A stretch of DNA of 64,000 bases, taken from positions 251,844,001-251,908,000 of the forward strand of contig OZ024740.1 of the NCBI GenBank assembly GCA_964016885.1, in the 5' to 3' direction. Of this stretch, positions 41,001 to 51,300 are shown one piece after another. The stretch's first letter is position 1. Each line of letters opens with the position of its first letter. The DNA comes from Eledone cirrhosa. Its lineage: Eukaryota. A model generated the notes under the pieces. That model was not told the origin of the DNA and ran no database searches. It was given only the letters and a program-made list of their open reading frames with translations. Both the position numbers and the translations under genes were made by a program.

Positions 41001-41250
41001 AATTATCTCCACCTGATTTAAAAAAAAAAAATTATCTCCCCTTCGCTGGCTGCAAATTATCTCCCCTTGGACGCTGGAAATTATAGCCCCTTGGAGGGCT
41101 GGAAATTATCTTCCCTTGGACGGCTGGAAATTATCTTCCCTTGGACGGCTGGAAATTATCTCCCCTTGATTTTTTTTACAAATTATCTCCCCCTGATTTT
41201 TTTTTACAAATTATCTCCCCCTGATTTTTTTTTACAAATTATCTCCCCCT
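38030..41250 (+). repeat. ~1670-bp tandem duplication
   Basis: Offsets of 1670 (38146/39816, 38569/40239; TTTACAATCTCCGCC at 38081/39751), drifting to 1644 further right (39423/41067). Confidence 0.75.
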
Positions 41251-44200
41251 GATTTTTTTTTTACAAATTATCTCCGCTTGATTTTTTAAAAAAAATTATC
41301 TCCCCTTGGACGGCTGGAAATTATCTCCCCTTGGACGGCTGGAAATTATCTCCCCTTGGACGGCTAGAAATTATCTCTCCTTGGACGGCTGAAAATTATC
41401 TCCCCTTGGACGGCTGCAAATTATCTCCCCTTGATTTTTTTTACAAATTATCTCCCCCTGATTTTTTTTTACAAATTATCTCCCCCTCATTTTTTTACAA
41501 ATTATCTACCCCTGATTTTTTTTACAAATTATCTCCCCCTGATTTTTTTTTACAAATTATCTCCCTCTGATTTTTTTTTACAAATTATCTCCCCCTGATT
41601 TTTTTTTTACAAATTATCTCCCCCTGATTTTTTTAAAAATTATCTCCCCCTGATTTTTTTACAATCTCCGCCTGATTTTTTTAAAAATTATCTTCCCTTG
41701 GCTGGCGGGAAATTATCTCCCCTTGGACGGCTGGAAATTATCTCCCCTTGGAAGGATGGAAATTATCTCCCCTTGGACGGCAGGATATTATCTCCCCTTG
41801 CACGGCTGGAAATTATCTCCCCTTGGCTGGAAATTATCTCCCCTTGGACGGCTAGAAATTATCTCTCTTTGGACGGCTGGAAATTATCTCCCTTTGATTT
41901 TTTTTACAAATTATCTCCCTCTGATATTTTTTACAAATCTCCCCCTGATTTTTTAAAAAAAATTATCTCCCCTTCGCTGGCTGGAAATTATCTCCCCTTG
42001 GACACTGGAAATTATAGCCCCTTGGAGGGCTGGAAATTATCTTCCCTTGGACGGCTGGAAATTATCTCCCCTTGATTTTTTTTACAAATAATCTCCGCCT
42101 GATTTTTTTTAAAAATTATCTCTCCTTGGACGGCTGGAAATTATCTCCCCTTGATTTCTTTTACAAATTATCTCCCCCTGATTTTTTTTACAAATTATCT
42201 CCCCCTGATTTTTTTTTACAAATTATCTACCACTGATTTTTTTTACAAATTATCTCCCCCTGATTTTTTTTACAAATTATCTCCCCCTGATTTTTCTTTT
42301 ACAAATTATCTCCCCCTGATTTTTTTACAAATTATCTCCCCCTGATTTTTTTTACAAATTATCTCCGCCTGATTTTTTTAAATATTATCTTCCCTTGGCT
42401 GGCGGGAAATTATCTCCCCTTGGACGGCTGGAAATTATCTGCCCTTGATTTTGTTTTTACAAATTATCTTCCACTGATTTTTTTTACAAATTATCTCCAC
42501 CTGATTTTTTAAAAAATTATCTCCCCTTGGAAGGCTGGAAATTATCTCCCCTTGGACGGCTAGAAATTATCTCTCTTTGGACGGCTGGAAATTATCTCCC
42601 CTTGATTTTTTTTACAAATTATCTCCCCCTGATTTTTTTTACAAATATCCCAGTGATTTTTTAAAAAAAATTATCTCCCCTTCGCTGGCTGGAAATTATC
42701 TCCCCTTGGACGCTGGAAATTATAGCCCCTTGGAGGGCTGGAAATTATCTTCCCTTGGACGGCTGGAAATTATCTCCCCTTGATTTTTTTTACAAATTAT
42801 CTCCCCCTGATTTTTTTTTACAAATTATCTCCCCCTGATTTTTTTTTACAAATTATCTCCCCCTGATTTTTTTTTACAACTTATCTCCGCCTGATTTTTT
42901 TTAAAAAATCATCTCCCCTTGGACGGCTGGAAATTATCTCCCCTTGGACGGCTGGAAATTATCTCTCCTTGGACGGCTAGAAATTACCTCTCCTTGGACA
43001 ATTGAAAATTATCTCCCCTTGGACGGCTGGAAATTATCTCCCCTTGATTTTTTTTACAAATTATCTCCCCCTGATTTTTTTTACAAATTATCTCCCCTGA
43101 TTTTTTTTTACAAATTATCTCTCCCTGATTTTTTTTTACAAATTATCTCCCCCTGATTTTTTTTACAAATTATCTCCCCCTGATTTTTTTACAAATTATC
43201 TCCCCTTGGCTGGCTGGAAATTATCTCCCCTTGGAGGCAGGAATTTATCTCCCCTTGGACGGCTAGAAATTACCTCTCCTTGGACGGCTGGAAAATATGT
43301 CTCCTTGGACGGCTGGAAATTATCTCCCCTTGGACGGCTGGAAATTATCTCCCCTTGGACGGCTGGAAATTATCTCCCCTTGGACGGCTAGAAATTACCT
43401 CTCCTTGGACGGCTGAAAATTATCTCCCCTTGGACGGCTGGAAATTATCTCCCCTTGATTTTTTTACAAATTATCTCCCTCTGATTTTTTTTTACAAATT
43501 ATCTCCCCCTGATTTTTTTTACAAATTATCTCCCCCTGATTTTTTTTACAAATTATCTCCCCCTGATTTTTTTTACAAATTATCTCCGCCTGATTTTTAT
43601 AAATATTATCTCTCCTTGGCTGGCGGGAAATTATCTCCCCTTGGACGGCTGCAAATTATCTCCGCTTGATTTTTTTTACAAATTATCTCCCCCTGATTTT
43701 TTTTTACAAATTATCTCCCCCTGATTTTTTTTACAAATTATCTCCCCCTGATTTTTTTTACAAATTATCTCCCCCTGATTTTTTTTTACAAATTATCTCC
43801 CCTTGATTTTTTTTTACAAATTATCTCCCCCTGATTTTTTTTTTACAAATTATCTCCCCCTGATTTTTTTACAAATTATCTCCCCCTGATTTTTTTTACA
43901 AATTATCTCCCCCTGATTTTTTTTACAAATTATCTCCCCTTGATTTTTTTTTACAAATTATCTCCCCCTGATTTTTTTTTTACAAATTATCTCCCCCTGA
44001 TTTTTTTAAAAATTATCTTCCCTTGGCTGGCGGGAAATTATCTCCCCTTGGACGGCTGGAAATTATCTCCCCTTGGAAGGATGTAAATTATCTCCCCTTG
44101 GACGGCTGGAAATTATCTCCCCTTGCACGGCTGGCAATTATCTCCCCTTGATTTTTTTTACAAATTATCTCCCCCTGATTTTTTTTTACAAATTATCTCC

Positions 44201-46336
44201 CCCTGATTTTTTTTTACAAATTATCTCCCCCTGATTTTTTTTACAAATTATCTCCCCCTGATTTTTAAAAAAAAAATTATCTCCCCTTCGCTGGCTGGAA
44301 ATTATCTCCCCTTGGACGCTGGAAATTATAGCCCCTTGGAGGGCTGGAAATTATCTTCCCTTGGACGGCTGGAAATTATCTTCCCTTGGACGGCTGGAAA
44401 TTATCTCCCCTTGATTTTTTTTACAAATTATCTCCCCCTGATTTTTTTTTACAAATTATCTCCCCCTGATTTTTTTTTACAAATTATCTCCCCCTGATTT
44501 TTTTTTTACAAATTATCTCCGCTTGATTTTTTAAAAAAAATTATCTCCCCTTGGACGGCTGGAAATTATCTCCCCGTGGACGGCTGGAAATTATCTCCCC
44601 TTGGACGGCTAGAAATTATCTCTCCTTGGACGGCTGAAAATTATCTCCCCTTGATTTTTTTTACAAATTATCTCCCCCTGATTTTTTTTTACAAATTATC
44701 TCCCCCTGATTTTTTTTACAAATTATCTACCCCTGATTTTTTTTACAAATTATCTCCCCCTGATTTTTTTTACAAATTATCTCCCTCTGATTTTTTTTTA
44801 CAAATTATCTCCCCCTGATTTTTTTTTTACAAATTATCTCCCCCTGATTTTTTTACAAATTATCTCCCCCTGATTTTTTTTACAATCTCCGCCTGATTTT
44901 TTAAAAAATTATCTTCCCTTGGCTGGCGGGAAATTATCTCCCCTTGGACGGCTGGAAATTATCTCCCCTTGGACGGCTAGAAATTATCTCTCTTTGGACG
45001 GCTGGAAATTATCTCCCCTTGATTTTTTTTACAAATTATCTCCCCCTGATTTTTTTTACAAATTATCCCCGCATGATTTTTTAAAAAAAAATTATCTCCC
45101 CTTCGCTGGCTGGAAATTATCTCCCCTTGGACGCTGGAAATTATAGCCCCTTGGAGGGCTGGAAATTATCTTCCCTTGGACGGCTGGAAATTATCTCCCC
45201 TTGATTTTTTTTACAAATTATCTCCCCCTGATTTTTTTTTACAAATTATCTCCCCCTGATTTTTTTTTACAAATTATCTCCCCCTGATTTTTTTTTTTAC
45301 AAATTATCACCGCCTGATTTAAAAAAAAAAATTATCTCCCCTTGGACGGCTGGAAATTATCTCCCCTTGGACGGCTGGAAATTATCTCCCCTTGGACGGC
45401 TAGAAATTACCTCTCCTTGGACGGCTGAAAATTATCTCCCCTTGGACGGCTGCAAATTATCTCCCCTTGATTTTTTTTACAAATTATCTCCCCCTGATTT
45501 TTTTTACAAATTATCTCCCCCTGATTTTTTTTACAAATTAACTCCCCCTGATTTTTTTTTACAAATTATCTCCCCCTGATTTTTTTTTACAAATTATCTC
45601 CCCCTGATTTTTTTTACAAATTATCTCCCCCTGATTTTTTTTACAAATTATCTCCCCCTGATTTTTTTTTACAAATTATCTCCCCTTGATTTTTTTTTAC
45701 AAATTATCTCCCCCTGATTTTTTTTTTACAAATTATCTCCCCCTGATTTTTTTACAAATTATCTCCCCCTGATTTTTTTTACAAATTATCTCCCCCTGAT
45801 TTTTTTTACAAATTATCTCCCCCTGATTTTTTTTTTACAAATTATCTCCCCCTGATTTTTTTAAAAATTATCTTCCCTTGGCTGGCGGGAAATTATCTCC
45901 CCTTGGACGGCTGGAAATTATCTCCCCTTGGAAGGATGTAAATTATCTCCCCTTGGACGGCTGGAAATTATCTCCCCTTGCACGGCTGGAAATTATCTCC
46001 CCTTGATTTTTTTTACAAATTATCTCCCCCTGATTTTTTTTTACAAATTATCTCCCCCTGATTTTTTTTACAAATTATCTCCCCCTGATTTTTTTTACAA
46101 ATTATCTTCCCTTGGCTGGCGGGAAATTATCTCCCCTTGGCCGGCTGGAAATTATCTCCTCTTGGCCGGCTGGATATTATCTCCCCTTGGCCGGCTGGAT
46201 ATTATCTCCTCTCGGCCGGCTGGAAATTATCTCCCCTTGGCCGGCTGGAATTTATCTCCCCTTGGCCGGCTGGATTTTATACCCCGTTGGCCGGCTGGAA
46301 ATAATCTCCCCTTGCCCGGCTCGAAAATATCTCCCC

Positions 46337-46657
46337 TAAATTAAATTAAATTAAATTAAATCCAATTAATTAAATTAATTAATTAATTATATTTTTTTTA
46401 TTTTATTTTTTTTTATTTTTTTTTATTAATTACGTTATTAATTAATTAATTAATTATGTAAATTGATTTTATTTCAATTTAATGTTATTTAATTTAATTT
46501 AATTTAATTTAATTTAATTTACTTTAAATCAATTTAATTTAATCTAATTTAATTTAAGTTAATTTTATTTTATTTTATTTCAAAAACGAAACGAAACCCG
46601 TGTACCTAAAAAAACAAACGAAAAGAAACCGGGGAACCTAAAAAATCGAACGAAACG
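46337..46657. repeat. AT-rich spacer copy 1 (321 bp)
   Basis: (TAAAT)n, (TTAA)n, T-rich tract, ATTACGTTATT, (ATTTA)n, then the 32-bp doublet GAAACC(G/C)G..ACCTAAAAAA. Confidence 0.93.
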
Positions 46658-47069
46658 AAATTATCTCCCCTTGGCCTGCTGGAAATTATCTTCCCTTGGT
46701 CGGCTTGATATTATCTCCCCTTGGCAGGCTGGAAATTATCTCCCCTTGGCCGACTGGAAATTATCTCTCCTTGGGCGGCGGGATATTATCTCCCCTTGGC
46801 CGGCTGGAAGTTATCTCCCCTTGGCCAGCTGGAAATTATCTCGCCTTGGCCGGCTGGAATTTAGCTCTCCTTGGCCGGCTGGAAATATACTCCCCTTGGC
46901 CGGCTGGAAATATACTCCCCTTGGCCGGCTGGAAATTATCTCCTCTTGGCCGGCTGGATATTATCTCCCCTTGGCTGCTGGATATTATCTCCCCTTGGCC
47001 AGCTGGAAATTATCTCCACTTGGCCGGCTGCAAATTATCTCCTTTTGGCCAGCTGGAAATTATCTCCCC
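46658..47069 (+). repeat. Block of ~16 diverged 25-bp GGCC-type monomers
   Basis: Consensus AAATTATCTCCCCTTGGCCGGCTGG, with most copies carrying one or more substitutions. Confidence 0.92.
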
Positions 47070-47362
47070 TAAATTAAATTAAATTAAATCAAATTAATTA
47101 AATTAATTAATTAATTGATTATATTTTTTTTATTTTATTTATTTTAATTTTTTTTTTAATTACGTTATTAATTAATTAATTAATTATGTAAATTGATTTT
47201 ATTTTAATTTAATGTAATTTAATTTAATTTAATTTACTTTAATTCAATTTAATTTAATTTTATTTAATTTTATTTTATTTTATTTAAAAAACGAAACGAA
47301 ACCGGGGCACCTAAAAAAACAAACGAAAAGAAACCGGGGAACCTAAAAAATCGAACGAAATG
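47070..47362. repeat. AT-rich spacer copy 2 (293 bp)
   Basis: Same module order as copy 1, with different microsatellite lengths. Confidence 0.93.
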
Positions 47363-47950
47363 AAATTATCTCCCCTTGGCTTGCTGGAAATTATCTCAAC
47401 TCGACCGGCTGGATACTATCTCCCCTTGGCCGGCTGGAAATTATCTCCCCTTAGCCGGCTGGAAATTATCTCCCATTGGCCGGCTGGATATTATCTCCCC
47501 TTGGCCGGCTGGATGTTATCTCCCCTTGGCCAGCTAGAAATTATCTCCACTTGGCCGGCTGGAAATTATCTTCTCTTGGCCGGCTGGAAATTATCTCCCT
47601 TTGGCCGGCTGCATATTATCTCCCCTTGGCCGGCTGGATATGATCTCCCCTTGGCCGGCTGGAAATTATCTCCCCTTGGCAGGTTGGAAATTATCTCCCC
47701 TTGGCCGGCTGGAAATTATCTCCCCTTGGCCGGCTGGAAATAATCTCCCCTTGGCCGGCCGGAAATTATCTTCCTTTGGCCGGCTGGATATTATCTCCGC
47801 TTGGCCGGCTGGAAATTATCTCCCCTTGGCCAGCTGGATATTATCTCCCCTCGGCCGGCTGGAAATTATCTCCCCTTGGCCGGCTGGAATTTATCTCCCC
47901 TTGGCCGGCTGGAATTTATATCCCCTTGCCCGGCTCGAAAATATCTCCCC
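47363..47950 (+). repeat. Block of 23 diverged 25-bp GGCC-type monomers plus terminal core
   Basis: 588 bp = 23 x 25 + 13-bp core, so no net indel; many substitutions. Confidence 0.92.
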
Positions 47951-48255
47951 TAATTAAAATTAAATTAAATTAAATTAAATCAAATAAATTAAATTAATTA
48001 ATTAATTAATTATATTTTTTTTATTTTATTTATTTTTATTTTTTTTTATTAATTACGTTATTAATTAATTAATTAATTATGTAAATTGATTTCATTTCAA
48101 TTTAATGTAATTTAATTTAATTTAATTTACTTTAATTCAATTCAATTTAATTTAATTTAATTTAATTTAATTTTATTTAAAAAACGAAACGAAACCGGGG
48201 TACCTAAAAAAACAAACGAAAAGAAACCGGGGAACCTAAAAAATCGAACGAAATG
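47951..48255. repeat. AT-rich spacer copy 3 (305 bp)
   Basis: Same module order; ends CCTAAAAAATCGAACGAAATG as copy 2 does. Confidence 0.93.
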
Positions 48256-48370
48256 AAATTATCTCCCCTTGGCTTGCTGGAAATTATCTCAACTCGACCG
48301 GCTGGATACTATCTCCCCTTGGCCGGCTGGAAATTATCTCCCCTTAGCCGGCTGGAAATTATCTCCCCTT

Positions 48371-51300
48371 GGACGGCTGGAAATTATCTCCCCTTGATTT
48401 TTTTTACAAATTATCTCCCCCTGATTTTTTTTTACAAATTATCTCCCCCTGATTTTTTTTTACAACTTATCTCCGCCTGATTTTTTTAAAAAAATCATCT
48501 CCCCTTGGACGGCTGGAAATTATCTCCCCTGGGACGGCTGGAAATTATCTCTCCTTGGACGGCTAGAAATTACCTCTCCTTGGACAATTGAAAATTATCT
48601 CCCCTTGGACGGCTGGAAATTATCTCCCCTTGATTTTTTTTACAAATTATCTCCCCCTGATTTTTTTTACAAATTATCTCCCCTGATTTTTTTTTACAAA
48701 TTATCTCCCCCTGATTTTTTTTTACAAATTATCTCCCCCTGATTTTTTTTACAAATTATCTCCCCCTGATTTTTTTACAAATTATCTCCCCTTGGCTGGC
48801 TGGAAATTATCTCCCCTTGGAGGCAGGAATTTATCTCCCCTTGGACGGCTAGAAATTACCTCTCCTTGGACGGCTGGAAAATATGGTTCCTTGGACGGCT
48901 GGAAATTATCTCCCCTTGGACGGCTGGAAATTATCTCCCCTTGGACGGCTGGAAATTATCTCCCCTTGGACGGCTAGAAATGACCTCTCCTTGGCTGGCG
49001 GGAAATTATCTCCCCTTGGACGGCTGCAAATTATCTCCGCTTGATTTTTTTTACAAATTATCTCCCCCTGATTTTTTTTTACAAATTATCTCCCCCTGAT
49101 TTTTTTTACAAATTATCTCCCCTGATTTTTTTTTACAAATTATCTCCCCCTGATTTTTTTTTACAAATTATCTCCCCCTGATTTTTTTTTTACAAATTAT
49201 CTCCCCCTGATTTTTTTACAAATTATCTCCCCCTGATTTTTTTTACAATCTCCGCCTGATTTTTTTAAAAATTATCTTCCCTTGGCTGGCGGGAAATTAT
49301 CTCCCCTTGGACGGCTGGAAATTATCTCCCCTTGGAAGGATGGAAATTATCTCCCCTTGGACGGCTGGAAATTATCTCCCCTTGCACGGCTGGAAATTAT
49401 CTCCCCTTGGCTGGAAATTATCTCCCCTTGGACGGCTAGAAATTATCTCTCTTTGGATGGCTGGAAATTATCTCCCTTTGATTTTTTTTACAAATTATCT
49501 CCCTCTGATTTTTTTTACAAATCTCCCCCTGATTTTTTTTTACAAATTATCTCCCCCTGATTTTTTTTACAAACTATCTCCCCCTGATTTTTTTACAAAT
49601 TATCTCCCCTTGGCTGGCTGGAAATTATCTCCCCTTGGAGGCTGGAATTTATCTCCCCTTGGACGGCTAGAAATTACCTCTCCTTGGACGGCTGGAAAAT
49701 ATGTCTCCTTGGACGGCTGGAAATTATCTCCCCTTGGACGGCTGGAAATTACCTCTCCTTGGACGGCTGAAAATTATCTCCCCTTGGACGGCTGGAAATT
49801 ATCTCCCCTTGATTTTTTTACAAATTATCTCCCCCTGATTTTTTTTTTACAAATTATCTCCCCCTGATTTTTTTTACAAATTATCTACGCCTGATTTTTT
49901 TAAATATTATCTCTCCTTGGCTGGCGGGAAATTATCTCCCCTTGGAAGGATGGAAATTATCTCCCCTTGGACGGCTGGAAATTATCTCCCCTTGCACTGC
50001 TGGAAATTATCTCCCCTTGGACGGCTGGAAATTATCTGCCCTTGATTTTGTTTTTACAAATTATCTTCCCCTGATTATTTTTACAAATTATCTCCACCTG
50101 ATTTTTTAAAAAATTATCTCCCCTTGGACGGCTGGAAATTATCTCCCCTTGGCTGGAAATTATCTCCCCTTGGACGGCTAGAAATTATCTCTCTTTGGAC
50201 GGCTGGAAATTATCTCCCCTTGATTTTTTTTACAAATTATCTCCCCCTGATTTTTTTTACAAATTATCCCCCCATGATTTTTTAAAAAAAAATTATCTCC
50301 CCTTCGCTGGCTGGAAATTATCTCCCCTTGGACGCTGGAAATTATAGCCCCTTGGAGGGCTGGAAATTATCTTCCCTTGGACGGCTGGAAATTATCTCCC
50401 CTTGATTTTTTTTACAAATTATCTCCCCCTGATTTTTTTTTACAAATTATCTCCCCCTAATTTTTTTAAAAAAATTATCTCCCCTTGGACGGCTGGAAAT
50501 TATCTCCCCTTGGACGGCTGGAAATTATCTCCCCTTGGACGGCTAGAAATTACCTCTCCTTGGACGGCTGAAAATTATCTCCCCTTGGACGGCTGCAAAT
50601 TATCTCCCCTTGATTTTTTTTACAAATTATCCCCCCATGATTTTTAAAAAAAAAATTATCTCCCCTTCGCTGGCTGGAAATTATCTCCCCTTGGACGCTG
50701 GAAATTATAGCCCCTTGGAGGGCTGGAAATTATCTTCCCTTCGACGGCTGGAAATTATCTCCCCTTGATTTTTTTTACAAATTATCTCCCCCTGATTTTT
50801 TTTTACAAATTATCTCCCACTGATTTTTTTTTACAAATTATCTCCCCCTGATTTTTTTTTTACAAATTATCTCCGCCTGATTTTTTAAAAAAAATTATCT
50901 CCCCTTGGACGGCTGGAAATTATCTCCCCTTGGACGGCTGGAAATTATCTCCCCTTGGACGGCTAGAAATTACCTCTCCTTGGACGGCTGAAAATTATCT
51001 CCCCTTGGACGGCTGCAAATTATCTCCCCTTGATTTTTTTTACAAATTATCTCCCCCTGATTTTTTTTACAAATTATCTCCCCCTGATTTTTTTTACAAA
51101 TTATCTCCCCCTGATTTTTTTTTACAAATTATCTCCCCCTGATTTTTTTTTACAAATTATCTCCCCCTGATTTTTTTTACAAATTATCTCCCCCTGATTT
51201 TTTTTACAATCTCCGCCTGATTTTTTAAAAAATTATCTCCCCTTGGACGGCTGGAAATTATCTCCCCTTGGACGGCTGGAAATTATCTCCCCTTGGACGG

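Larger units (their letters stand above)
1..46125 (+). repeat. Two-monomer satellite array (25-bp type A and ~27-bp poly-T type B), left part
   Basis: Continuous head-to-tail copies of AAATTATCTCCCCTTGGACGGCTGG and AAATTATCTCCCCCTGA(T)nAC in alternating blocks; no unique sequence; runs off the left edge of the window. Confidence 0.98.
46126..48370 (+). repeat. Embedded composite repeat island: GGCCGGCTGG-type 25-bp monomer blocks alternating with AT-rich spacers
   Basis: The monomer switches from ..TTGGACGGCTGG to ..TTGGCCGGCTGG, type B monomers disappear, monomer divergence rises, and three homologous spacers start at 46337, 47070 and 47951 (periods 733 and 881 bp). Confidence 0.95.

Noticed and set aside
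46600-46645. ACCTAA resembling the arthropod telomeric TTAGG repeat
   Set aside because: Only isolated single copies 32 bp apart, with no tandem telomeric tract.
46337-46657. AT-rich region plus direct repeats as a plasmid iteron origin or mitochondrial control region
   Set aside because: No rep gene, tRNA, rRNA or any coding context; it is triplicated within a satellite.
45928-48480. Longer ORFs in the island
   Set aside because: All three frames are open simultaneously across the 25-bp monomers; this is repeat translation with no domain-like content.
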